A DNA stretch of 64,000 nucleotides from contig JAFGQK010000174.1 in assembly GCA_016935735.1 (NCBI GenBank), forward strand, positions 10,386 to 74,385. Reading direction: 5' to 3'. The translations under genes and the position numbers were made by a program. Positions 18,989 through 27,973 of this stretch are shown here, piece after piece. Origin of the DNA: Spirochaetales bacterium. Its GTDB lineage: Bacteria; Spirochaetota; Spirochaetia; SZUA-6; JAFGRV01. A model generated the notes under the pieces. The model ran no database searches. It saw only the letters and a list, made by a program, of their open reading frames with translations, and was not told the DNA's origin. Position 1 is the stretch's first letter. Each line of letters starts with the position of its first letter.

Positions 18989-20278
18989 ATGAATACAATA
19001 GACGGCCTTTTCTCCTATCTTGAGTCATTTACCAATCTTGAAAAGAATCAAAAGTATTCAGGACGAACGTACAGGCTGGACAGGATGTATACCCTGCTGG
19101 ACATGTTTCAGAACCCGCATTGTGCTTTTAAAACAATACATGTAGCCGGTACCAAGGGAAAAGGTTCGACAGCTGCTTTTATTGCATCAGTATTGAAAAC
19201 CAATGGCTTTCGGACAGGTCTTTATACATCGCCGCATGTGTCCTCATATTGTGAACGGATTACGGTAAACCAGGATTTCCCGGACAGCAGGATACTTTTG
19301 TCAATCGGAAAAACAATAAAAGAAAAAGTGAGTGAATTGCATGACTTTCATCCTACGACCTTTGAACTTCTTACCCTTCTGGCCTTCTGTTATTTCCGGG
19401 AAACAGCATGCGAATATGTTGTGGCAGAGGTTGGAATCGGGGGAAGGCTTGATGCAACAAATGTCATATGTCCTTTAATAAGTGTGATTACTCCCATTGA
19501 TATTGAACATACTGATGTGCTGGGAAATACCCTGCCTGAAATAGCCCGGGAAAAAGCGGGAATAATAAAACAGGGGATACCTGTTTTTTCCGGCATTCAG
19601 CAGGAACCGGTAAAACAGGTTATAAAAAAGGTAAGTGATGAAAAAAAAACCACTGTAATTTTCCTGGATGAAGTAATAGTAGAATTGGATGTTGCCCTTT
19701 CCCCCGGATATACATTATGCAAGCTGAAACTCGAAGGCAGGGAAAGAATATCGTTTTCCCTTTCAATGCCGGGTGAATTCCAGGCAGAAAATGCAAGCCT
19801 TGCATATATAGCCCTTACATCCCTGTTCCCGGCCATTTCCCCGGAAAAGGTAAAAGCTGGGTTTATAAGCACAAAACTTCCCGGAAGGTTTGAGATTATC
19901 GGGAATAAGCCGGTAATCGTGCTTGATGGTGCACATACACCGCTTGCGGTAAGCAGGGTTCTTTCTGCCTTTCAAGCGTTGTATCCAGGAAAAGCGATAT
20001 TGATTTTCGGTTCTGCCATGGGGAAAAATCATGAAAAAATGTCTGCTATTCTTGCCCCATATTTCCATGTGATCATTATCTCGACACCTGGTTATTTCAA
20101 GGAAAGTGATCCCCATGCGGTGTATAAGGCTTTTAAGGCAAAGAATAAAAACACCATCTTAATAAAAGAGCCCCGGAAAGCGCTTTTCAAAGCTCTCCGG
20201 AAAGCGCACGGAAAGCTGCCTGTCCTGGTTACGGGCTCGTTTTATATGGTGGCGGAAATACGGAGAATTGTTCTCTGA
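18989..20278 (+). CDS. folC: Bifunctional folylpolyglutamate synthase / dihydrofolate synthase.
   Basis: The Mur-ligase P-loop 'VAGTKGKGST' is present, the protein is 429 aa, and the FolC-type central and C-terminal domains are recognisable. Confidence 0.85.
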   Translation: MNTIDGLFSYLESFTNLEKNQKYSGRTYRLDRMYTLLDMFQNPHCAFKTIHVAGTKGKGSTAAFIASVLKTNGFRTGLYTSPHVSSYCERITVNQDFPDSRILLSIGKTIKEKVSELHDFHPTTFELLTLLAFCYFRETACEYVVAEVGIGGRLDATNVICPLISVITPIDIEHTDVLGNTLPEIAREKAGIIKQGIPVFSGIQQEPVKQVIKKVSDEKKTTVIFLDEVIVELDVALSPGYTLCKLKLEGRERISFSLSMPGEFQAENASLAYIALTSLFPAISPEKVKAGFISTKLPGRFEIIGNKPVIVLDGAHTPLAVSRVLSAFQALYPGKAILIFGSAMGKNHEKMSAILAPYFHVIIISTPGYFKESDPHAVYKAFKAKNKNTILIKEPRKALFKALRKAHGKLPVLVTGSFYMVAEIRRIVL

Positions 20279-20315
20279 CAAGCCGAAAAAATTCTTATTT
20301 CTCTATAATTTTACC

Positions 20316-20343
20316 TTGACAAAAACATTTATTTTATTACATT
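20316..20343 (+). promoter_or_regulatory. Candidate sigma70-type promoter (TTGACA-N16-TACATT) upstream of the GT4 gene.
   Basis: 'ccTTGACAaaaacatttattttatTACATTag' lies immediately upstream of the ATG at 20356. Confidence 0.3.
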
Positions 20344-20355
20344 AGTAGAATCATT

Positions 20356-21543
20356 ATGCATATAGGAATTTTTACCGACACATACTATCCGGTCATTAAT
20401 GGGGTATCTGCGTCAACCCTCTATTTTACCGAGGAACTTGTACGGCGGGGCCACCATATTTCCATATTCTGCCCCCGGTACAAAGGAACAGAAAACGAGA
20501 TCCGGGATCACAGCAAACCGGGATATTCAATATACCGCTGTTTTGGGACTCCCCTGCCAACAAATAAGGAACATTATATTACCCTGCCCTGGCTCGGTTT
20601 CCGGGTGGATATTGAAAAGCTTCACCTGGATATTATACATATTCAGCATCCCCTTTTAGTGAGTGGTTATGGTGCATGGATGTCCAGAAAGCTTGGTATT
20701 CCCCTTACCCAGACATACCACACCCTGTTTGAGCAATATGGACATTATATTTTTCTTCCCGAACCTTTAATGAAGATTCTTTGCGGGAAAATAAGCAGGT
20801 TCATCTGTAACCTTTGCGACGTGACTTTTGCCCCGTCCCCCCAGATAAAAGAAATTCTTGAAGGATATAAGATAACAACTCCTATTGTACTTTGTCCCAC
20901 AGGTGTGGATATCGAAGGATCTCAAAGAAAATTTAATAAGGAACTGGTAAAAGAAAACCTCGGTATTTCAAAAGAAAAAAGAATTCTTCTTTTTGCATCC
21001 AGAATGTGCCAGGAAAAATCCGCAGATGTTGTTGTAAAAGCATTTCCCCATATCCTTAAAAAGATTCCTGATTCAGTACTTATTCTTTCAGGGGACGGCC
21101 CTGTGAAAAAGAGAATCGCATCACAAATTAAAAAGCTTAATGTAAACGGGAAAATCATCTTAAAAGGATATTTAAGCAGACCGGATCTTTATTCCCATTA
21201 CAAGCAGGCAGATTTATTCATATTCCCGTCCATATCCGAAACCCAGGGGCTGGTTGTTCTTGAAGCCCAGATGTTCAGCACGCCGGTTGTTGGCGTATCA
21301 AAAAACGGCGTGCAGATGATTATGGAAAACAACAGGGGAGGGCTCCTGGCAAAAAAGAGGAGCCCAAAGGAAATTGCAAATCTGTGTATAAATTTATTAC
21401 AGGATAAAAAACTCTATGACCGGAAATCCAGAGAAGCGTTTGAGAATGCACAAAACTGGCGCACCCAGAAGTTTACCGATATTATGGAATCCTGGTTTAC
21501 AAAATTAGTGGGAAAAAACAGTAAAAACAAAACAAATAGATAA
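20356..21543 (+). CDS. Family 4 glycosyltransferase (GT-B, 'group 1').
   Basis: The protein is 395 aa, with the EX7E-type motif 'FPSISETQGLVVLEAQMFSTPVV'. Confidence 0.8.
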   Translation: MHIGIFTDTYYPVINGVSASTLYFTEELVRRGHHISIFCPRYKGTENEIRDHSKPGYSIYRCFGTPLPTNKEHYITLPWLGFRVDIEKLHLDIIHIQHPLLVSGYGAWMSRKLGIPLTQTYHTLFEQYGHYIFLPEPLMKILCGKISRFICNLCDVTFAPSPQIKEILEGYKITTPIVLCPTGVDIEGSQRKFNKELVKENLGISKEKRILLFASRMCQEKSADVVVKAFPHILKKIPDSVLILSGDGPVKKRIASQIKKLNVNGKIILKGYLSRPDLYSHYKQADLFIFPSISETQGLVVLEAQMFSTPVVGVSKNGVQMIMENNRGGLLAKKRSPKEIANLCINLLQDKKLYDRKSREAFENAQNWRTQKFTDIMESWFTKLVGKNSKNKTNR

Positions 21544-21623
21544 ATCCGGTTTATCTGTCCTGAAAATTTCTCCCGGAATAAACAAAATCAAGATTATCCT
21601 GTGTGGACACGGTTGATACATAT

Positions 21624-21767
21624 GCTATTTTGACTTAAAATCTTGTTAAAATAACAAGATTTCAAGCAAAATAGATAAACGTTGGCCGCCAGGTTAATGA
21701 GACCAGCATAATTAAAAGAATCTGGATAGCTTGTTAATTGGGTTGTGGGCTTAAGCCTTCGTTATGG
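21624..21767 (+). repeat. Copy C of the conserved intergenic element family (degenerate palindrome plus core).
   Basis: 'ctattttgacttaaaatcttgttaaaataacaagatttcaagcaaaatag' is followed by 'ataaACGTTGGCCGCCAGGTTAatg...atCTGGATAgc...ttgTGGGCTTAAGCCttCGTTATGg'. It is about 85% identical to the copy at 30532-30674. Confidence 0.6.
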
Positions 21768-21795
21768 CATATACCCAGAAAAAGGGAGGAAAGAT

Positions 21796-23238
21796 ATGGA
21801 GAATAAATTTCCCCGGCAGCCGGTATTGTTTGTGGATGATGAAGAAGATATGCTGGACACATATGAAATGGCACTTAAGATCGATGGATTTAATAATTTT
21901 ATTTTTTTAAGTGACAGCAGAAAAGTTGCACCTGTTCTCGAGGAAGTCGAGATCTCTGTTGCTGTTATCGATCTTTTTATGCCCCATATCCGGGGAGAAG
22001 AACTGCTCAAACAATTGAAAGAAACACACCCGGAAATTCCGATTATTGTGGTAACAGGGACAAATGAGGTATGCACGGCAGTGGATTGCATGAAAGCAGG
22101 TGCTTTCGATTATATGGTGAAACCCATTGAAAATAGCCGCCTGACATCCAGCATACGAAGAGCCCTGGAAATACGTGAACTGAAAGATGAGGTCAATAAC
22201 CTTAAATTAAAAATGCTTTCACAGGAGCTACAGCACCCCGGTGTATTCAACGGGATCATTACGGTGAATTCAAAAATGAAAGCGATATTCAAATATATGG
22301 AAGCAATTGCCATTACCCCGAAACCCGTTCTCATAACCGGCGAAAGCGGTGTGGGAAAAGAATTGATTGCCCAGGCAATACATAAACTCAGTAATCGAAA
22401 TGGTGATTTTATTGCAGTGAATGTCGGCGGGCTGGATGATACGATGTTTTCCGATACGCTTTTCGGACATAAAAAGGGCGCTTTTACCGGGGCAGACAGT
22501 TCACGTCCCGGGCTTATCGAACAGGCAGCCGGGGGTACACTTTTCCTGGACGAGATCGGTGATATTGATAATGTTTCCCAGGTCAAGCTTTTAAGGCTTA
22601 TTCAGAACAGGGAATATTATCCCCTTGGTTCGGATGTGGTAAAAAGAACCGATACACGGATTGTGACCGCAACAAACTCTTTACTGGAAGCAAAACAGAA
22701 AAAGGGTCTTTTCCGTACCGATCTTTATTTCAGACTTCTTACTCATTATATAGAAATACCCCCCTTAAAGGAAAGAAGAGAGGATATCCCTTATCTGGTA
22801 AACCATTTTATAAAACAGGCTTGTGAATCAATAAGGAAAAAATCCCCGGTTGTCCCGGCAGAACTCTATACTCTCCTGTCTGCATATTATTTTCCCGGTA
22901 ATGTCCGTGAGTTACAATCGTTGATATACGATGCGGTAAGCCAGTGTGAGACACCCGTTCTTTCGCTTTCCGTGTTCAGGGAGTATTTTAAAAGAAGAAG
23001 AAAATCCATTCATGAGACGGAAGAAACCCTGCCCCGGGATTCATTCTCACTTTCCTATTCAGGCAGGTTCCCGACGATAGGGGAGGTTGAAGACTATTTA
23101 ATACCGGAAGCGATGAGGATGGCAGAAGGGAATCAATCAATTGCCGCTGTTTTCCTTGGTATCAGTCAGTCCACTTTAAGCAGACGTCTTCAGCAGAATC
23201 AGGAGAAAAATAAGGAAGAAGAAGCACCCCCCGCTTAA
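21796..23238 (+). CDS. Sigma54-dependent Fis-family response regulator (NtrC-like enhancer-binding protein).
   Basis: A receiver domain ('VAVIDLFMPH'), an AAA+ domain ('GESGVGKE') with an intact GAFTGA motif, and a C-terminal HTH are present. The start at 21796 (MENKFPRQ...) is preferred over 21745 because it follows an AAGGGAGG ribosome-binding site. Confidence 0.85.
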   Translation: MENKFPRQPVLFVDDEEDMLDTYEMALKIDGFNNFIFLSDSRKVAPVLEEVEISVAVIDLFMPHIRGEELLKQLKETHPEIPIIVVTGTNEVCTAVDCMKAGAFDYMVKPIENSRLTSSIRRALEIRELKDEVNNLKLKMLSQELQHPGVFNGIITVNSKMKAIFKYMEAIAITPKPVLITGESGVGKELIAQAIHKLSNRNGDFIAVNVGGLDDTMFSDTLFGHKKGAFTGADSSRPGLIEQAAGGTLFLDEIGDIDNVSQVKLLRLIQNREYYPLGSDVVKRTDTRIVTATNSLLEAKQKKGLFRTDLYFRLLTHYIEIPPLKERREDIPYLVNHFIKQACESIRKKSPVVPAELYTLLSAYYFPGNVRELQSLIYDAVSQCETPVLSLSVFREYFKRRRKSIHETEETLPRDSFSLSYSGRFPTIGEVEDYLIPEAMRMAEGNQSIAAVFLGISQSTLSRRLQQNQEKNKEEEAPPA

Positions 23239-23241
23239 TTT

Positions 23242-23958
23242 TTAATTTACCCATTTTTCCGAATACATTTCGGAAATATAGCTTTCCTCCATCCCATCGA
23301 GGATTTTCATCCATTCAAGGAATTTTTCCGCTTCTTTTTTATTCTGATAGGGACCAATGCGAACCCGGTAGTAGGTGGTGCTTTTAATTTCCCGTGTTTG
23401 CACCTGGCCCTGAAATCCGTGTTCTACGAGTTTTTCATTCAGCGTATCTGCTTTGTTTCTGCTTTGAAATGAACCGGCCTGGATCCAGTACTCAATAATC
23501 CTTACCAGCCGGCGTGAAGCTTTTGTCGGTTTTGGGACGGGGACCGGAGTCGGCTGTGGTTTTACAATCCAGGTTGTAGAATATTCCGGTTTATCATCCC
23601 TGGGGGCACGGATAAAGATAGTATCTTTCTCTTTTTCTGTTTTCTTTTCTGTCCCTTCTTTTTCTGCATCACTTTCCTTTTTGTCTTTATCATCTTTTTC
23701 TAACGACTTTTCCTTTTCATCATCCTTTTCCCCGTATACAATTGGCATCTTTTCAGAGGGTACTTCGGTGGGCTCAAGACCGGGGAGTTCGGTGTCATCT
23801 TTAATATGTTCGAAAATATCTGGTTTACTCCCGTTCTCGTCATCTACCGGTTTCTCCCTTTCCCTGTCCGGCAATGACCATACAAATCCAATACCGAATA
23901 TGAGTACAAGAAATGCGCAAATGCAAATGACAATTAATAGAATGTTTCTACTTTCCAT
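23242..23958 (-). CDS. SPOR-domain protein (septal peptidoglycan-binding, FtsN/DedD-like).
   Basis: An N-terminal TM segment, a charged Lys/Glu-rich linker and a C-terminal SPOR-like domain ('WIQAGSFQSRNKADTL...YYRVRIGPYQNKKEAE') are present. Confidence 0.65.
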   Translation of the reverse strand: MESRNILLIVICICAFLVLIFGIGFVWSLPDREREKPVDDENGSKPDIFEHIKDDTELPGLEPTEVPSEKMPIVYGEKDDEKEKSLEKDDKDKKESDAEKEGTEKKTEKEKDTIFIRAPRDDKPEYSTTWIVKPQPTPVPVPKPTKASRRLVRIIEYWIQAGSFQSRNKADTLNEKLVEHGFQGQVQTREIKSTTYYRVRIGPYQNKKEAEKFLEWMKILDGMEESYISEMYSEKWVN

Positions 23959-24032
23959 ATCCTGATTGTTGCTCCTCTCATCATTGTAAGTATCGACTCA
24001 AAGACGGATTGTATTGAGGTGAGTTTTATTTT

Positions 24033-26750
24033 TTAGTGGATTTCTCCCCATGTCCGGGCTTTTTCTATGGAAACAACAAGAGGTACTTTGAGTTTTATTG
24101 CATTTTCCATGGCTTGTTTTATAATCTTTTCCACTTTCCCGGTTTCGTCTTCCGGGACCTCAAAGATAAGTTCATCATGTACCTGGAGGATGAGTTGTGT
24201 TTTACTTCCGGCATCAGCCAGTTCTTTTTTTACCCGGATCATGGCGGTCTTTACAATATCAGAGGCACTTCCCTGAATCGGGGTGTTCACTGCAATTCTT
24301 TGTTCTGCCATTCTCACTGTTTTATTCGGATTCTTTATGTTGGGAACTGCCCTTTTTCTTCCCAGGATCGTTTCCACATACCCGGTCTTTTCCGCATTCT
24401 CGATGATCTGTTCTTTGAACCGTGCTACTCCTGAATATTCATTAAAATAAGCATCGATAAACCTGTCTGCATCTGTCCGTGATATTTTCAGATCTTTTGA
24501 AAGCCGGAAAGCAGACATCCCGTAAATAACGCCGAAATTGATTGTCTTTCCTATGCGCCGTTCAGGAGGGGTGACACCGGGTTCCTCCCTGGAAAAGATG
24601 AGTGATGCAGTATGTGTATGAATATCTTTTCCCTGGTTGAATGCCTGGATGAGCTTTTCATCCCCGGATAAATGGGCGAGAATAACAAGTTCGATCTGGG
24701 AATAATCCGCACTTAAAAGAATATGGCCTTTTTCTGCAATAAAGGCAGAACGGATTCTCCGCCCTTCTTCTTCCCTTACCGGGATATTCTGGAGGTTTGG
24801 CTCATTGCTGGAAAGCCTTCCGGTTGCAGTACCTGTCTGGAGAAAATGAGTGTGAATTCTCCCGGTTGCCGGGTTTATCTGTCCGGGAAGTGTATCGGTG
24901 TAGGTGGATTTGAGTTTACTTAAAAACCGGTGTTTTACCACCTTGTCTGCAACAACATCTTCCTGTGCAAGCTGTTCAAGAACATTCGAGTCGGTGGAAT
25001 ACCCGGTTTTGGTCTTTTTTAACGGTTTAAGACCACGTTCCTCGAAAAGAATCTGCTGTAGTTCCTTTGTCGAACGGATATTGAATTCATGGCCGCAGTC
25101 CTTGTATATCTTTTTTTCAATATTTTCCAGTTCACACTCGAGCTCATTCCCGTATGTTTTAAGGGTTTCTGCTTCCAGCTTTATTCCGGTAAGTTCCATA
25201 TCGGAAAGGACCGTCACAAGGGGCATTTCAACCGAATAAAAAAGGTCTTTCAGGCTTTTTTCTTCATCCAGCTTTTTTTCAAATAGTTCATAAAGCTGAT
25301 ACGTAATATCCGCATCCTCTGCTGCATAATCGGTAACATGTTGAATATCAATATCAAAGAGGGTTTTTTCTTCTCCTTTGAGGATGAGTTCCTTATAATG
25401 GATTGTCTTGAATTTAAGGTATTTTTCTGCAAGATAATCCATATTGTACCGTCCCGATGCAGAATCAAGGAGCCAGGCAGCGATCATTGTATCAAAAAAT
25501 ATATTTGTTATCTTGATGCCCCACCGTTTCATTACCTTATAGTCGTATTTTATGTTCTGCCCGACCAATCGTAACGATGAATCGGTAAGAAGACTTATAA
25601 GCCTTTTTCTTATTTCCCCTTCTGCCGGGCACTTGCAATCATGTGCCTGGATCGGTATATAACATGCTTTCCCTTTTCCTGTTGAAAGCGAGAAACCGAT
25701 TGGGGTAGCAAGCATGACATCCTTATGGGTTGTTTCAACATCAAAGGCAAAGACCTTTTCCTTTTTTACCAGGGAAATCCACTCATCGATCTCTTCCAGC
25801 CGGGTTAATGTTTTATATGTTCCTTCTTTTGTCTGCGGGAGAGATGCACGGTATAATCCTTCTTTTTCCAGATCTTTTAAGAATGATTGAAACCCCTCAT
25901 TCTTGTACAAAAAGATCAGCTTTTCATAATCCGGGAGTATCCGTTCAATGGAATCAAATCCTTTAAAAGAGGTGTCGGTTCTTAAGGTGACAAGCTTCCG
26001 GCTCAAGCTCGCACTCTCTTTCCCGTCAATTAATTTCTGTTTCTGGCTTTTGGATGTTATGTTGTCAATATCCTGGTATATCCTGTCCAGGGTTTTAAAC
26101 TGGGCGAGAAGTTTTGCCGCGGTCTTTTCCCCGATACCGGATACACCCGGGATATTGTCCGAGGTATCCCCGGAAAGGCTTAAAAAATCGACAACCTGTT
26201 CAGGATAGATCCCCTTTTTTTCATACACTTCATCTTTTCCACATACACTGAAATCCTCGAGTCCCTTTTCCGGGTAAAGAATTTTTATCTGTTCATCAAC
26301 AAGCTGTAGAAGATCTTTGTCCTTTGTAAGAATAAAGCAAGGCCGTTTTTCTTCCCTGCACTTTACCGCAATGGTGGCAATAATATCATCCGCCTCAAAA
26401 CCGTTTTCACGGAGGCAGGGAATGCCCTGCGCTTTTAGAATTTCTTCCAGTCTGGGAATCTGCGGATGGAGGTCTTCCGGCGGGTTTTCCCTGTTTGCTT
26501 TGTACCGGGAATATTCTTTATGCCGGAACGTAGGGGTAATGGAATCCATGACCACACAGAGAAACCGGGGATTTTTTAAACGGATAAGTTTGTTCAACGA
26601 AAGGATAAAACCATAGATGGCAGATGCATTTTTCCCCGCGGGATTTCTGAGCGGATTTTTTAAGAATGCATAATAAGCCCGGTAAATAAGACTATATCCA
26701 TCGATAAGATAGACCGGTTCTGTTTTTGCTTTTTCTTTCTGTTCTTTCAT
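24033..26750 (-). CDS. polA: DNA polymerase I.
   Basis: The protein is 905 aa. A 5'-3' exonuclease N-terminus, a 3'-5' exonuclease domain, and polymerase motifs 'RRIGKTINFGVIYG' and 'QVHDELIFEV' are present. Confidence 0.95.
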   Translation of the reverse strand: MKEQKEKAKTEPVYLIDGYSLIYRAYYAFLKNPLRNPAGKNASAIYGFILSLNKLIRLKNPRFLCVVMDSITPTFRHKEYSRYKANRENPPEDLHPQIPRLEEILKAQGIPCLRENGFEADDIIATIAVKCREEKRPCFILTKDKDLLQLVDEQIKILYPEKGLEDFSVCGKDEVYEKKGIYPEQVVDFLSLSGDTSDNIPGVSGIGEKTAAKLLAQFKTLDRIYQDIDNITSKSQKQKLIDGKESASLSRKLVTLRTDTSFKGFDSIERILPDYEKLIFLYKNEGFQSFLKDLEKEGLYRASLPQTKEGTYKTLTRLEEIDEWISLVKKEKVFAFDVETTHKDVMLATPIGFSLSTGKGKACYIPIQAHDCKCPAEGEIRKRLISLLTDSSLRLVGQNIKYDYKVMKRWGIKITNIFFDTMIAAWLLDSASGRYNMDYLAEKYLKFKTIHYKELILKGEEKTLFDIDIQHVTDYAAEDADITYQLYELFEKKLDEEKSLKDLFYSVEMPLVTVLSDMELTGIKLEAETLKTYGNELECELENIEKKIYKDCGHEFNIRSTKELQQILFEERGLKPLKKTKTGYSTDSNVLEQLAQEDVVADKVVKHRFLSKLKSTYTDTLPGQINPATGRIHTHFLQTGTATGRLSSNEPNLQNIPVREEEGRRIRSAFIAEKGHILLSADYSQIELVILAHLSGDEKLIQAFNQGKDIHTHTASLIFSREEPGVTPPERRIGKTINFGVIYGMSAFRLSKDLKISRTDADRFIDAYFNEYSGVARFKEQIIENAEKTGYVETILGRKRAVPNIKNPNKTVRMAEQRIAVNTPIQGSASDIVKTAMIRVKKELADAGSKTQLILQVHDELIFEVPEDETGKVEKIIKQAMENAIKLKVPLVVSIEKARTWGEIH

Positions 26751-27205
26751 GCTGTTGTATCGATAAATGAAGGATTCCCGGTTTTTCTGAAAGGAGATGG
26801 CTTTACCCTTTTTTTCTGTAAGAGTTTTTCCAATTCGCTTTTTATCGATCCCATTTGTATCTCCAATGCTTTCCTGTTTTCACTGTTCAAAACCAGAAGT
26901 TTTGTCTGCAAACTCCCGATGCTTGCCCGGAGGGTCTTTATTTCCATATCTGTGTCAGGAAATGATTCAGAGTATACTTTATTAAAAGAAGGGATAACCT
27001 TGCTGTATGCTTCGGCCTTTTTTATAAATTCACTTTCCAGTTCCCTGTAATGAAAAAGTTTTAACGCATCACCGGAAATAATTGTTTCTTTTTCTTTTTC
27101 TGCAAGAGTCAGGTATTCTTTTAATATTTTTTCCTGGGCAGAGAGTAAATCACGTAACTGGATTACAATCCTCTCCGTATCCGGGTTTTTCCTGTCAGTT
27201 TTCAT
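26747..27205 (-). CDS. Hypothetical coiled-coil protein, possibly a FliT/FlgN-like flagellar chaperone.
   Basis: The protein is 152 aa and helical. It sits between fliS and polA with a 4-nt overlap to polA. Confidence 0.3.
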   Translation of the reverse strand: MKTDRKNPDTERIVIQLRDLLSAQEKILKEYLTLAEKEKETIISGDALKLFHYRELESEFIKKAEAYSKVIPSFNKVYSESFPDTDMEIKTLRASIGSLQTKLLVLNSENRKALEIQMGSIKSELEKLLQKKRVKPSPFRKTGNPSFIDTTA

Positions 27206-27216
27206 TTCATGGTCTT

Positions 27217-27684
27217 TTAGCCGGCGATATTGATACCTCCCCCCGGCCGTGCAGTGGAATTCTCAAGATTCACCTTATCGACAATCTGATTCCATGCATC
27301 ACGAAGTTCCATAAGCATTGTTTTCACGGCCCCGAGCGGCTTGTAATCCTTTTTGATATTTGCATTAAGGAGTTCCCTGTTCATATAAATGTAGATACTG
27401 AAGAGGTTTCTCGCTATTTCCCCTCCCTGCTCAAAATCCAGGGAAACCATGAGTTCAGAGATGATATCCTGGGCTTTTATAATACCATTGCTTACCCTGT
27501 CCAGTTTTTTGCTTTTCTTTTTTAATTCTTCAATAGCAATATTGAGATTTTTAATTGCACCATCGTAGAGCATTATGATGAGTTGTCCCTGTGTTGCTGT
27601 TTTTATCTGGGTTTCTTTATAAGCTTTGAGCGGATTACTCTCCATTGACTCTCTCCTCTCTTCCCTTTGGGAATGAATATCCAT
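27217..27684 (-). CDS. fliS: Flagellar export chaperone FliS.
   Basis: 'NPLKAYKETQIKTATQGQLIIMLYDGAIKNL...KAQDIISEL...LRDAWNQI' matches FliS closely. The probable start is the M of MESNPLK at about 27645. Confidence 0.8.
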   Translation of the reverse strand: MDIHSQREERRESMESNPLKAYKETQIKTATQGQLIIMLYDGAIKNLNIAIEELKKKSKKLDRVSNGIIKAQDIISELMVSLDFEQGGEIARNLFSIYIYMNRELLNANIKKDYKPLGAVKTMLMELRDAWNQIVDKVNLENSTARPGGGINIAG

Positions 27685-27973
27685 AAATTTTTATTGCTAT
27701 CTGGGTTTCATTATTGTTCCTTACATTATATTCTCTTTTTCTTTCAATCCTCATAGTGTTCTCCGCACCTCTCTATGAAAAAGTTGTATTTCTGAATACA
27801 GACTTCCTCTTAATCTATCTCGACATAAAACCCTTTATTCTTAAGGTTTTTTTCATTATTTTTTATGTAAAAGAACTCATACCCGGTTTCCTCCCCGGTA
27901 TCCTGCAATAATACTTTCAATCGTAACTGTTTCGGGAATAGAATTCAATAGTTTTCTCTAAAAAAATATCAAT

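Noticed and set aside
21745-21795. An upstream start (MGLSLRYGIYPEKGRKD...) for the σ54 activator.
   Set aside because: It would make the conserved intergenic element coding. The ATG at 21796 (MENKF...) has a strong AAGGGAGG ribosome-binding site and gives a canonical receiver-domain N-terminus.
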